A stretch of DNA of 63,834 nucleotides, the filler included, from Octopus bimaculoides (taxonomy: Eukaryota): assembly GCF_001194135.2 (NCBI RefSeq). It is 7 parts of 7 records of this genome, joined end to end, with 100 filler letters (N's around TTAATTAATTAA, not from the genome) between each part and the next. Parts side by side here need not be neighbours in the genome. Positions count along the whole stretch, not along the records: positions 1 to 7,700 come from NC_068988.1; positions 7,801 to 13,424 come from NC_068981.1; 5 more parts are not named here. One strand, 5' to 3'. Positions 1 through 12,512 of the stretch are shown piece by piece. The notes below the pieces were generated by a model, which worked only from the letters and a program-made list of their open reading frames with translations, made no database searches and was not told the origin of the DNA. The translations under genes were made by a program, and so were the position numbers. Position 1 is the stretch's first letter. Each line of letters begins with the position of its first letter.

Positions 1-186
1 TATATACTTACCCGCATTTACACACACATACACACATATGTGTTTGTGACGGATATATTATATACACACGTATATATATACATACATACATACGCATACG
101 CAACACATATAAACATTCATCAAACTATATCTGTCTGTTTGTCTCCGTCTATAGATGTGTGTGTGTGTGTATGTGTGTGTGTTTGT

Positions 187-224
<38 letters not shown>

Positions 225-779
225 ATCAACCGATATACCTACCTACTTGTGTATGCACATACCTACCTCACTTGCAATCATCCAACCAGCCTACCGACAG
301 AGAGATTGACCGACCAACGACTTACCTACCTTCATACCTACCAAACATATTTGCATAAATATCTACCTAGTTCTCTTCTTTACATACGCTCTCCTCACTA
401 ATCACGCTAATTGATAATTATTTCTCGATAGCATTCATTAATGTAATCTAGGTAAACTATCGTAATTGCTTATTTACGTTGTGCATAACAACTACACCAG
501 TGAAAATACTATAAATACATACATATACACATACATACATACATACCTAAAAGTACATACATACGTATATTCATACAGCACACACACACACACACACACA
601 CGCACACACATATATGCAAACATACAGGCATGCGTAGATACGTATGTTCTTATATATATATACATACATATATATTTATATTCATACACACACATATATA
701 TTCGTATATATATATGTGTGTGTATATATGCATATATATATATACGTATATATATATGCATATATATATATACGTATAT
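1..779. repeat. Compound microsatellite region, (CA)n/(GT)n/(TA)n/(TACA)n/(CCTA)n
   Basis: Low-complexity dinucleotide and tetranucleotide tracts running into an N gap; explains the VC/YI/HT ORFs. Confidence 0.95.
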
Positions 780-1330
780 NNNNNNNNNNNNNNNNNNNNN
801 NNNNNNNNNNNNNNNNNNNNNNNNNNNNNNNNNNNNNNNNNNNNNNNNNNNNNNNNNNNNNNNNNNNNNNNNNNNNNNNNNNNNNNNNNNNNNNNNNNNN
901 NNNNNNNNNNNNNNNNNNNNNNNNNNNNNNNNNNNNNNNNNNNNNNNNNNNNNNNNNNNNNNNNNNNNNNNNNNNNNNNNNNNNNNNNNNNNNNNNNNNN
1001 NNNNNNNNNNNNNNNNNNNNNNNNNNNNNNNNNNNNNNNNNNNNNNNNNNNNNNNNNNNNNNNNNNNNNNNNNNNNNNNNNNNNNNNNNNNNNNNNNNNN
1101 NNNNNNNNNNNNNNNNNNNNNNNNNNNNNNNNNNNNNNNNNNNNNNNNNNNNNNNNNNNNNNNNNNNNNNNNNNNNNNNNNNNNNNNNNNNNNNNNNNNN
1201 NNNNNNNNNNNNNNNNNNNNNNNNNNNNNNNNNNNNNNNNNNNNNNNNNNNNNNNNNNNNNNNNNNNNNNNNNNNNNNNNNNNNNNNNNNNNNNNNNNNN
1301 NNNNNNNNNATATATATATATATATATATA

Positions 1331-1397
1331 GGCGCAGGAGTGGCTGTGAGGTAAGTAGCTTGCTTACCAACCACATGGTTCCGCGGTCAGTCCCACT
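1331..1397 (+). mobile_element. SINE family A, 5' tRNA-like head only
   Basis: GGCGCAGGAGTGGCTGTGAGGTAAG...GGTCAGTCCCACT matches the heads of full copies at 8504 and 37679; follows (TA)n and is truncated at 1397. Confidence 0.9.
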
Positions 1398-1730
1398 TCC
1401 GAACAGACCACCGAACAGAGCCTCCCCACCATACTGACATGATCCAGATACAAGCCACAGTAAGATATCCACTGCGAGTATGAGGCGCAGGCCCAGAATG
1501 TTGGAGCACGATGATCTCAAATGCAAACAAAAGATCACCAAAATGTTCAACGCCATTCATTCTCTGTATGTCTGGTTTTACCACAAAGTGATCTCCGAGA
1601 AATATGTCCTAGCACAAGCAAAGGGATGCCTCAGTCGCCGCAGTCTTCCAGCACATAGGACTCCGGCCCGGGATTTCTTCCAGCACATAGGACTCCAGCC
1701 CGGGATTTGTATTACTGCCCCACTCTCTTG
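1398..1730 (+). mobile_element. Possible degenerate RTE-type LINE ORF2 C-terminal fragment, with a 32-bp tandem duplication at 1645-1708
   Basis: Frame reads SKISTASMRRRPRMLEHDDLKCKQKITKMFNAI..HKV..VLAQAK, loosely like the RTE post-RT region; TCTTCCAGCACATAGGACTCC(G/A)GCCCGGGATT occurs twice. Confidence 0.3.
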
Positions 1731-4194
1731 TATATATACATATATATATATACATCTATCTATAAATATGCATATACTTTTCTCATATCTGTTGAGTCTG
1801 TCTCTTGCTAAACTGAGTTTCTCTTTTACGTACACAGACCTTCAGACAAGTTGTGACTCAAGAGAATGACTCGGCCACAATAAATTATCATTAAACTCTA
1901 CCATGGTTTTGAGAACTCTTTTCTCATACAGTCCTCTCAAAACAGATATACATACATACATACATACATACACATACACACACATATACATACATACATA
2001 TTATATTATAGTATATTACTTTATTTTATGTTATATTTCATATATTATATATTATATATCATATTTCATATATTATTTATTATATATCATATATGTGTAA
2101 AATGATTAGTATGACTTACAGCCTAGAATAAATGGCATAATAATCTACAATGTACATTCGGCACTATATTTCTCCTTTTTAAAATACTTCGAGTCGCAAT
2201 ATAATGAGGTTATACATCCAGTCATTATTACACATATACACATTCATATGTATGTTTGTATATAGATTGGTATTGGTGAAAGTGTATCATACGAAGATGC
2301 TGTGAGTAAGAATAAAGCAATGAAAGAATTTATACGAGACTTAAAGTGATCCAGTAGTCAGAATACTCTTCTTAAAATACATTATTTCACAATGCTTTTG
2401 TAGCACCTGTATTGATAGCAACATTTGAGATAATTGACTGGCATTTAGAGGAAATCCATTCCATAAACATGAAAGCTCGCAAAATCTTCATATCAACTGA
2501 ACTTTCCCAGAGAGTGATACTGAAACACTTCATCTAATACCCATTCAAATTACTTCTGTAGCCTCTGTGACCTAAAAACCTGCGAAACCTGAAACACCCG
2601 ACCAAAAGATTAAATAGTGACGTCACAAATCTAATTCGTTTATGCCTTCACATTTACAAATATTTTCTTAAATACCGTAACACTGTATCAATAACAGTGA
2701 TAAGAAATCTAAACGTAACGCATTGTTTTCTCTTCCATCACCAATTAATATTTCATACCTTAACTAGTAATAACATCAGAGTAAATCGCTCGTATACAGC
2801 AGTTTCCTAACAATTTCTCAAATAGAGTAATATGCGGTAATTTGATCAAATGAAACATTCCAGCTACCCTAAAACAATTCGCTTTGTAAACCTCAGGAAA
2901 GGGAAACAAAATAACATTTCATTCATTTAATAAATTACATCTTCAGATAATATTTGATGCTATAATTAGTTCCAACGTCAGATGACCTCTTGTGTATAAC
3001 TAACTCCTGACCTTTTCCTAAATAAATGGATTTGCAGTAATTCAATAAGTCGGATAATTTCTTCACCAATAAAGAAAAAGGGTAATAGTTTTTCTTTTCT
3101 TTTGTTTTGAATAAATTCATACTTCAACCTCCATCATGCTGGGTCAGCAGACGCTCAGATACCGACGCGAACATTTAAACAGACTAACATACATGTATAA
3201 ACATATTTTAACATATTCAAACGACAACACGGACAAAGAAATCCGATAATTAAAACAGACAATGAAAACACATGACTCACTATCGAAACGAAACATGCCG
3301 TTCCATTGAAAACTAAGATATACGCAAAAGCATACTTGTTAATAGAATATCTCTATATTTAATTTATCTTTATATATATATATATATATANNNNNNNNNN
3401 NNNNNNNNNNNNNNNNNNNNNNNNNNNNNNNNNNNNNNNNNNNNNNNNNNNNNNNNNNNNNNNNNNNNNNNNNNNNNNNNNNNNNNNNNNNNNNNNNNNN
3501 NNNNNNNNNNNNNNNNNNNNNNNNNNNNNNNNNNNNNNNNNNNNNNNNNNNNNNNNNNNNNNNNNNNNNNNNNNNNNNNNNNNNNNNNNNNNNNNNNNNN
3601 NNNNNNNNNNNNNNNNNNNNNNNNNNNNNNNNNNNNNNNNNNNNNNNNNNNNNNNNNNNNNNNNNNNNNNNNNNNNNNNNNNNNNNNNNNNNNNNNNNNN
3701 NNNNNNNNNNNNNNNNNNNNNNNNNNNNNNNNNNNNNNNNNNNNNNNNNNNNNNNNNNNNNNNNNNNNNNNNNNNNNNNNNNNNNNNNNNNNNNNNNNNN
3801 NNNNNNNNNNNNNNNNNNNNNNNNNNNNNNNNNNNNNNNNNNNNNNNNNNNNNNNNNNNNNNNNNNNNNNGAGAGAGAGAGAGAGAGAGAGGGGGAGAGA
3901 GAGAGAGAGAGAGAAAGATAGTAGTAGTAACGGTGAGGGGCGAAGGACGAGTAACAAGAGATAGAGAGAGAGAAAGAGAGAAGTAGTGACAGGTAGAGGC
4001 GAAGAACAGTAGAGGGAAGAATGAGAGGGGGAGATAGAAATAGAGAGAGTCGCGTTAGAAAAATAGTTAAAAACTTACTGTATAAAGGTAACGCGTGCGT
4101 TCTGTCGTGATACAAACAGTATATGAGTATATGCATATATATGTACATGTATGTATATACGTTCATCCACATGTACATATAGATACATAACTAG

Positions 4195-4277
4195 GTACAT
4201 GACGTGGCAAAAGAACAAGGACAAAAATGGTAAACAAGGTGCAACAAACAAGCAGGCCGCATAGAAGCATTCCCTTC
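4195..4277. mobile_element. Short interspersed repeat fragment, possibly Penelope-derived
   Basis: GGACAAAAATGGTAAACAAGGTGCAACAAACAAGCAGG resembles a recalled octopus repeat; cut by a gap. Confidence 0.25.
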
Positions 4278-5404
4278 NNNNNNNNNNNNNNNNNNNNNNN
4301 NNNNNNNNNNNNNNNNNNNNNNNNNNNNNNNNNNNNNNNNNNNNNNNNNNNNNNNNNNNNNNNNNNNNNNNNNNNNNNNNNNNNNNNNNNNNNNNNNNNN
4401 NNNNNNNNNNNNNNNNNNNNNNNNNNNNNNNNNNNNNNNNNNNNNNNNNNNNNNNNNNNNNNNNNNNNNNNNNNNNNNNNNNNNNNNNNNNNNNNNNNNN
4501 NNNNNNNNNNNNNNNNNNNNNNNNNNNNNNNNNNNNNNNNNNNNNNNNNNNNNNNNNNNNNNNNNNNNNNNNNNNNNNNNNNNNNNNNNNNNNNNNNNNN
4601 NNNNNNNNNNNNNNNNNNNNNNNNNNNNNNNNNNNNNNNNNNNNNNNNNNNNNNNNNNNNNNNNNNNNNNNNNNNNNNNNNNNNNNNNNNNNNNNNNNNN
4701 NNNNNNNNNNNNNNNNNNNNNNNNNNNNNNNNNNNNNNNNNNNNNNNNNNNNNNNNNNNNNNNNNNNNNNNNNNNNNNNNNNNNNNNNNNNNNNNNNNNN
4801 NNNNNNNNNNNNNNNNNNNNNNNNNNNNNNNNNNNNNNNNNNNNNNNNNNNNNNNNNNNNNNNNNNNNNNNNNNNNNNNNNNNNNNNNNNNNNNNNNNNN
4901 NNNNNNNNNNNNNNNNNNNNNNNNNNNNNNNNNNNNNNNNNNNNNNNNNNNNNNNNNNNNNNNNNNNNNNNNNNNNNNNNNNNNNNNNNNNNNNNNNNNN
5001 NNNNNNNNNNNNNNNNNNNNNNNNNNNNNNNNNNNNNNNNNNNNNNNNNNNNNNNNNNNNNNNNNNNNNNNNNNNNNNNNNNNNNNNNNNNNNNNNNNNN
5101 NNNNNNNNNNNNNNNNNNNNNNNNNNNNNNNNNNNNNNNNNNNNNNNNNNNNNNNNNNNNNNNNNNNNNNNNNNNNNNNNNNNNNNNNNNNNNNNNNNNN
5201 NNNNNNNNNNNNNNNNNNNNNNNNNNNNNNNNNNNNNNNNNNNNNNNNNNNNNNNNNNNNNNNNNNNNNNNNAATTGTTAATTGTTAATTCTATTATTAA
5301 TTGACGATTCCCTGCCCTCATTTCTTGTATATTTTATATTTGATATCTCTAAGTTAGATAGTTAAACCGTAATCCTTCCACACGGAACTTTTTTTCATAT
5401 ATAT

Positions 5405-5462
<58 letters not shown>

Positions 5463-5839
5463 CTATATATATATATATATGTATATATAAAAGTTTGTTG
5501 AAGTAATATTTAAGTGTGAGTGGACTGTGTTCTAGAGCAATTAACCACTAGCTATTCATAAGTATGTTTTGGTACAGCATACACCAGTAATTTATATGAA
5601 GTAGGTAAGTTGAAGTGTAGCACCATCATTTATCAGATAAATTAAATAACAGGTGAATTTATTTACATGTTCTATAGAAATAAGCGAAAGTAATCTGTTC
5701 ATGCGATACCCGAGGCATCTGATTTAAATCTGAGAACTAAACCAGTGTTTCTTTTACTATGCCCTGCAAAAAAATGTCTAGGTGATCTTTCAAAAATATA
5801 ATTTTTGTCTCTAGATTATCTTTTATATATCAGGTTACA

Positions 5840-6760
5840 AAGAAAGCCTCTCGCATTTGAAGATGTTGAACAAACAAATGCTTCGTTGGTCTTAATGGAT
5901 ATATTTAATCAAGGTAGTGATAAAAAAGTTTTTAATCCAATTTCTATTTGGCAAATTGTTCATTCCTTGGGCATAACATTCTTCGGGTTTCATAGCAAAG
6001 AAACACAATATCATTTTTACCATCTATACAAATTAATAAACTGATTTTCCCTCAATACTGTTGCAATGATCTGGAAAAATGATAGACAGATGCACTAAGG
6101 TCAGCAAAGTAAGGAGGATAGAACGAAGCTTCCATATTTTAGTGCCCTAATCTTTTCCTGGAGGATTTGGGCAAAATGTGGTCTTTATGACTGGCCAAAG
6201 ATGAACCCTTTTTCAATTGACTATTTTAACTGTTTCGTTTTGGTTTAAAACTTCATGGAATATGACACTCTTCATATCACACTAAACTCAGACGATAACT
6301 TTTTTCAGGTGTAACCTTGGACAGGGGATGGATTGTCTATTTCCATTGGATGATAATCATTGTAGTGTTCATTAGATATGATTACAAAGAATCAACTGTT
6401 CGTCAGTTGTGATGATACTACCCAAGAAACGTTCGCTGTATCGTCTACACTTCAATGACGAGCAAAGGGAAACTCCTTGATAAGGCTGAGAAGCAGTCAG
6501 ATTATGAAGACCCAATGAGCAGGTTATAACATTTTTCCTAGTTCATGAATGAATTTTATGATCCAAGTCTGACTTCAATTAAATGGGGTTTTTTTTCCAA
6601 TTCTCGTGCAGTTGGCTTCCGATTTTTCTCAGCTACGGTTGAGGCATCTGGATGACTAGGGTTGCCATCCAGATCGAGCGTAGTCTCAAACAGGAAAACG
6701 TCTCCAAGCGAAACTAGTCTAATTTTAGTTACATTCAATTCCGTCCTTGTCATAGATAAC
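5840..6760 (-). pseudogene. Heavily degenerate mariner (Tc1/mariner) transposase
   Basis: Minus strand gives SLGDVFL..LDGNP..VAEKNRKPTARELEKK (HTH region), KVTPEKVIV*V*CDMKSVIFHEVLNQNETV (cf. HPKKVMLCVWWD.KGVIYYELL..GETV) and YAQGMNNLPNRNW (cf. Y..GI..LP.RW); many stops. Confidence 0.8.
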
Positions 6761-7562
6761 CTATTTGTTGTCCCACTCGTTCGGTTTGATTATTTTATTA
6801 AAACATTTGGTCAAATATCTTTGTAGTGAATTATAGTCGGTCCGATCCAAGCAACTTCTTCACCGGTCCTCATTTGATCCACCAACGAAAGGACCATATC
6901 GATCTCAGTAGAATATGTACTCAGAACGAAACTAAATATCGCATTGGCTTCTCTCCGATGTTCTGTAGATTTTTCAATTCACTTTTTATATATTTGTTTT
7001 CAAAATAATGTTTTGTGTTGAATTATTAAGAAAAAGAAAAAAAACGACAACACTTCCTGGGATCTCAAGGCATAGAACATTTAAAGTCAGGATATATTGA
7101 TGGATCGACGAGTATGTAAATATATATTGATTTGTTTTGGGGATGCTTCGTTGTTTTGGCCAGCTTTGTTCCATGATGAATGATGATGGTATTGAAAGAG
7201 AAAGAGAGAGAAAGGGCAGGAGGGGAGGAAAGGGAAGAAATAAAGAAAGACATAAAGAAAAAGAAGAAGGAGGGAAATGGTTGGAAAAAAATCATATTAA
7301 ATGTTTCGTTGTCTAAATTTCATTGTTCTCCATTTCGATAATACAGTTTAAATCAAATATTGAATAAAAGAGTAAGAAAAACGATAATGTTTTCTTTTAA
7401 AAAACATCACATTATACACACTCCTTTCTGTTCTTCGAAAAAAAAACCCCGTAAAATTTGAACCGTTGTGGACGGATATTGGGTAACATAATAATAACGA
7501 CAGTAACAAACAGAAAACAAACCTAAACGTAGCTTAACCAAAAACATAGCACCTTCTTTACT

Positions 7563-7637
7563 GAGCCTCCTCCTCCTCCTTCTCTCCTCCTCCACCTCCG
7601 CCTCCTCCGCCTCCTCCGCCTCCTTCGCATCCTCCAT
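7563..7637. repeat. (CCT)n/(CCTCCG)n purine-pyrimidine tract
   Basis: CCTCCTCCT and CCTCCGCCTCCTCCG repeats seen directly. Confidence 0.85.
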
Positions 7638-7744
7638 GTTTTCTTACGTAGACCATAATTCGTCAGTGTCACAGACCGTGTAATAAGATGCACTTGGAGC
7701 NNNNNNNNNNNNNNNNNNNNNNNNNNNNNNNNNNNNNNNNNNNN

Positions 7745-7756
7745 TTAATTAATTAA
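7745..7756. other. Assembly linker TTAATTAATTAA centred in a 100-bp N spacer (also at 13469, 36351, 46277, 51566, 59462)
   Basis: Identical 12-mer flanked by 44 N on each side at six positions; puts stop codons in all six frames. Confidence 0.95.
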
Positions 7757-8503
7757 NNNNNNNNNNNNNNNNNNNNNNNNNNNNNNNNNNNNNNNNNNNN
7801 CATCCATCCGTCCATCCATCCATCCATCCATCCATCCATACATACATATATACATACATACATACCTACATACATACATACATACATACATACATACATA
7901 CATACATACTTACATACATAACAAAAATACCCTGTTATTGATGTTGAAATTCCAATGAAGGAGCCTTGGATCTAGGTTAGAAACCAGCTCTTTCTCTATT
8001 GGCAAGAAATCTTGAAATAAAACTGAACAATGACATACAAATACTAAATACATACATACACACAAACATACATACATACATACATACACACACACGACAT
8101 ACATACATACATGCATACATAACAAACGTACATTCGACAATAAAAAAAAAATCATCTAGTAACACGTAGACTGCAAGTGCAACTTGTAAGCAGAACAGCA
8201 AGAATATGCAAGACTTTTCTCAAGTTCAGAAAGTGATGGAGCTTTGTATCTTCGTCAGAAACCAACTCCTCTACAGGAAAGTTTTACATTGTTAAACACA
8301 GAAGAGAACTCGCACGCACACACGCTCACACACGCTCACAAACACGCACGTACGCACACACACACATACATACACACACACACTTACACACACTCACGCA
8401 TACATATAATACGATGGTGAGCTAACAGAAATAACTAAGAGGAGATAATGTTAATTATTTGAACAACTAAGGCTAATAAAGATATGTTAATCAACATACT
8501 ATA

Positions 8504-8643
8504 GGCGCAGGAGTGGTTGTGTGGTAAGTAGCTTACTTACCAACTACATGGCTCCGGGTTCAGTCCCACTACGAGGCACCTTGGGCAAGTGTTTTCTACT
8601 ATAGTCTCGGGCCGACCAAAACCTTGTGAGTGGAAGCCCGTCG

Positions 8644-8679
<36 letters not shown>

Positions 8680-8897
8680 CGTGTGAGTGTGTTTGTGTGT
8701 CTGTTTATCCCTCCTCCCCACCATCGCTTGACAACCGATGTTGGTGTGTTCACGTCCCTGTAACTTAGCGGTTCGGCAAAAGAGACTGATAGGATAAGTA
8801 CTAGGCTTACAAAGAATAAGTCCTGGGGTCGATTTGTTCGACTATAGGCGGTGCTCCAGCATGGCCGAAGTCAACTGACTGAAACAAGTAAAAGAAT
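8504..8897 (+). mobile_element. SINE family A, near full length (tRNA-derived; cf. octopus OK/OR-type SINEs)
   Basis: A-box-like TGGTTGTGTGG, B-box-like GGTTCAGTCCC, GGCACCTTGGGCAAGTG, internal (TA)n(GT)n, tail GACTGAAACAAGTAAAAGA; several copies in the window. Confidence 0.92.
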
Positions 8898-9481
8898 CGA
8901 AGAATACAAGATAGATTTGCTGAAAATTATTTCCACTTCCAGGAAGAGTAAGATCAATCGCTTCACGGCATTTTTTACCATTTCGCAATGAGGAAGGGGA
9001 GATAATCTTAATAATCAAGAATTTCCAAAACTGACATACCTTTAAGGTAAATACAGTTTGGCTATCTGTAAACAAGAAGTCTGTGACGATAAGTACAATT
9101 GCCCCTCAATTTACACGACATTCAGTTTGCACGGTTTCATTTTAGCACGTTTTTGTTTTGTATTTTACGTATATACAATAATCGTCGTTCCTGTTTTTAT
9201 CTTTTTTTAATCTTTTCCTTTCATTTTACTTTCACCTCTAAACTAACGCTAGACTGCCCTATAAACTAACACTTAAATTAGAATGAATTGAAAAAAGAAT
9301 TGTTAAATATTTTCCGAATTGAATTATAGTGATTCAAATATCAATAAAGTCAATTGTAGAAATGATAATTAATATAATAAATCATCTTCCAAAGGAAGAT
9401 GTCTGTTCATCTCGTTCTTATTTGCTTGTTTGTTCAGTGTTCAGAACTACATTATCCTAGATGTCCGTTCTTAAGATTGTA

Positions 9482-9608
9482 CAGGGTGTCCACAAAGTCT
9501 GGCTACATGGAGTAAATAAAATCATAACATAAACAATTAAATGTAAGAAATAATAATTTCTTAAAGTATGTGTTAATCCGCATGTATCCAGACTTTGTGG
9601 ATACCCTG
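9482..9608. mobile_element. 127-bp Tc1/mariner-type MITE
   Basis: 28-bp TIRs CAGGGTGTCCACAAAGTCTGGCTACATG / CATGTATCCAGACTTTGTGGATACCCTG (26/28 match), with TA on both sides (9480-81, 9609-10). Confidence 0.92.
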
Positions 9609-10483
9609 TAGAGTGCGATTTATCTGCTATTTTTAGCAGTTCGAATCACTGTGTAGAAGATTTCTCACTCGCTCGATGTGTCACAGTTGATTCTTTCATG
9701 AACATTTCACCTATAAAAACATACGTACGCACAGATTCCTATAGTAAGTAACTGGAATGTAAATGGACACATAATGTAACCATTGAAGGTGTGTTCGATC
9801 ACCACCGACAGCTTCGATTTCATTGAAGGAAAATCAGCGTGATAGAGTTTTTGAATACTATCAAAAACCACAAGTTCTAGAAGCGAGATGAAGTCGTTCA
9901 TTTAAGAATCAAGCCTGTCTCACCAACACGAGCTGCCGAAGATTTAATACTTGCTTACTACTCTAAATTGCACGACAGTATACAGGTGGAGCACCGAAAT
10001 ATTAATGTGTGTTTTATTAAGGCCGATGTTTGGCAACGACTCTTTAACGCAACAAATACGCTGATGTTTCTCGTCAAAGATGTGCTCAAACTGGCAGAGA
10101 TCATGAGTAAATATTTCAGTCTTTTCAAAACACATTCAGTTGTACAAACAGAAGTGAAAATAAGGGCAACAGACAAACGAACAATAAGAATAACAACGCC
10201 AAAAAACACAAAAGCAAAATGAATCCTTGATAATTGTTTGAAAGACAAACTGTTTATAATACATTGTCAGTATGAAGTAGAGCAGAACAACATTTAAATT
10301 GATTTGTCTGCCTGACATGATGGCGAATAAATGTAGATTTTAAACTATTCAAATTTTCCACATAAATGAAGAATTAAAAGGTTAAATGAGAAAAATCCGA
10401 TTCAACAATTTCTTCTTAAGACTGAAAACAATAAAATGTTGCTCTGTTGTGATATTTTCTATCTTTAAAAAATATATATATGT

Positions 10484-10536
<53 letters not shown>

Positions 10537-10716
10537 AGCACAAATAAAGGAAAGTGTGTATATACGTATACACGTACGTACATACATATATATAAGTATA
10601 TCTATATGTATACACACACACACACACACACATACACACACACACACATAATGTGAAAATATGTCTATAATAGTACAAATGTGAGTCTTTATATCTATGT
10701 GCGTGTGTGTGTGTAT

Positions 10717-10970
10717 TGGCAGAATCGTCAGTGTCAGATAAAATGCCTAGCGGTGTTTCTTCCGACTCATTACGAAATGGGTTCAGATTTTGCTGAGGTC
10801 AACTTTGCCCTTCTCCCTTTCGAGGTCGATGAAATAAAGTACCAGTTAAGTACTGGAATCAATGATATCAACTGACTCCCTCCTAAAACTACTGGCCTTC
10901 TGCCAAAATTTGAAACAATCATTATTATTATTATCATCACCATCATCATCATCATTATTATTATTATTTT
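10717..10970 (+). mobile_element. SINE family B (tRNA-like) with (ATT)n/(ATC)n tail
   Basis: TGGCAGAATCG..AAATGCCTAGCGG..GAGGTCAACTTTGCC..GGTCGAT..GTACCAGTT..GGCCTT..CCAAAATTTGAAAC, shared with copies at 30296, 37292, 38598, 56520 and 60700. Confidence 0.88.
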
Positions 10971-11385
10971 TGAGTGAGAGAGCAGCGCATGCCATCAAAG
11001 TGGCCCTGGGGTACAAATATACAAAGCCCAATATACCCATCATGATTAGCCATCTGATAAGGGTGCACCAGGCACAGGCACCACAACCATATGTGTGCGA
11101 CATGGGGATCTCATATCAAGATTAACAGCGCTTGACCTTGCAAGTGAAGCCCAGTTAGAATTTTTTTCAGGTCGAGTAGCCCGTCCCACTCAAAAGATCC
11201 ATGAAAAAGGGTTGTTTAAGGTTGTTAAACGAAACACCCATGTTTCCAGAGGTGAATTATCCAAATCCCAAAGAATCCCTCTCAACACATGGCTATGATA
11301 CTCCCCCACTACTTCTGCTCGTAATCAGAGATGCACATATCGTCAGCCACCAAGGGACATACTCAACTGGTTTCGGTCAATCTTT
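10971..11385. mobile_element. Unclassified interspersed repeat (family E); a second, inverted partial copy at 14795-14890
   Basis: CCAAATCCCAAAGAATCCCTCTCAACACATGGCTATGAT..CTGCTCGT..GAGATGCACAT recurs in reverse complement at about 14795-14890. Confidence 0.7.
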
Positions 11386-11532
11386 TACGATCCTGGAATC
11401 AAACGAGCACGATAGGTCGATAAGTAAGCAACTTCGCTTTCCTTATCTATAATTGTTATCTCCCACAGAATCTCACATTTCTCCGACTCCAGTACTCTTT
11501 CGACCGGATGATTGTACCATGTGTTTCTAGCT
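11385..11532 (-). mobile_element. R4/Dong-like non-LTR retrotransposon fragment 2 (start of restriction-like endonuclease region, internally deleted)
   Basis: ARNTWYNHPVERVLESEKCEILWE, then ITIIDKES / CLLIDLSCSFDSRIVKD across one frameshift; cf. R4-clade WY.H.P..V.EN....ILWD..RPD..IID..CP.D. Confidence 0.7.
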
Positions 11533-11580
<48 letters not shown>

Positions 11581-11608
11581 AACTACTGCTACTACCACCA
11601 CCACCACC
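11533..11608. repeat. (TAC)n-(CAC)n microsatellite
   Basis: Seen directly; lies between the two R4/Dong-like fragments. Confidence 0.95.
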
Positions 11609-11855
11609 NNNNNNNNNNNNNNNNNNNNNNNNNNNNNNNNNNNNNNNNNNNNNNNNNNNNNNNNNNNNNNNNNNNNNNNNNNNNNNNNNNNNNNNNNNNN
11701 NNNNNNNNNNNNNNNNNNNNNNNNNNNNNNNNNNNNNNNNNNNNNNNNNNNNNNNNNNNNNNNNNNNNNNNNNNNNNNNNNNNNNNNNNNNNNNNNNNNN
11801 NNNNNNNNNNNNNNNNNNNNNNNNNNNNNNNNNNNNNNNNNNNNNNNNNNNNNNN

Positions 11856-12142
11856 GACAGTACTTTACGCAATATGCGTGTAGTTCCAAGTAGTGCCGAC
11901 TTTTGCAATACATATACATTGTAAGGTATCTCTACGGTTTTCAGATGTTTTTTCAGATTGGGTGGTATTGAACCCAATGCTCTAATGACAATAGGGATAA
12001 TCTTTATGTTCGACTCTCGTAGCTGCCACAGTTTAGCGATCTCAATTCTCAGGTCACCATATTTATCAACTTTTTCTCTTTCTTTCATGATGATATGTTG
12101 ATCCCCAGGCACTGCTTCGTCGATTATTAGGCACTCTTGTTG
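11856..12142 (-). mobile_element. R4/Dong-like non-LTR retrotransposon fragment 1 (C-terminal restriction-like endonuclease domain)
   Basis: Open frame QECLIIDEAVPGDQHIIMKEREKVDKYGDLRIEIAKLWQ..IIPIVIRALGSIP..LQKSALLGTTRILRKVL, the typical R4-clade C-terminus. Confidence 0.88.
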
Positions 12143-12377
12143 CCCCCCCCCTAAAGAATGGAGCCTGCCATGGATATTTCCTATAAAAAAAAATAAAAAA
12201 AACTGCACGAAGAATAAAGGCTTTTCTGATGTCACCCAATGATAAAGGAAGAATTATGAGAAGATATCGTGTGCTGCATCTACCAGACTTTGAACTCAGA
12301 CCGTAAAGTATTTTATGCCACTTTCTATAGTTTCTGTCAGTGTACCACCTTTCAGTTTCTAACAACTGTATCTAGTT

Positions 12378-12512
12378 TAGGCACAAGGCCAGCAATTTTA
12401 GGGGAAGAAAGTTAGTCAATTAAATTGAATTCAGTATTTGGTTGGTACATTATTTCATCGATGCCAGAAGGATGGAAAGCAAAGTCAACTTTGTTGGAAT
12501 TTGAACCCGGCT
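12378..12512 (-). mobile_element. SINE family B, degenerate
   Basis: GGCACAAGGCCAGCAATTTT..GGTACATTATTTCATCGA..GCAAAGTCAAC..GGAATTTGAACCC is the reverse complement of the family B body. Confidence 0.75.

Noticed and set aside
466-5321. Long ORFs (200-400 aa) in the ORF track, here and around every gap
   Set aside because: They consist of X from N-runs plus VC/YI/HT/SL repeats from microsatellites, so they are not genes
7407-7637. ORF MEDAKEAEEAEEAEVEEERRRRRRL
   Set aside because: Translation of a (GAG/GAGGCG)n tract with no supporting exon structure
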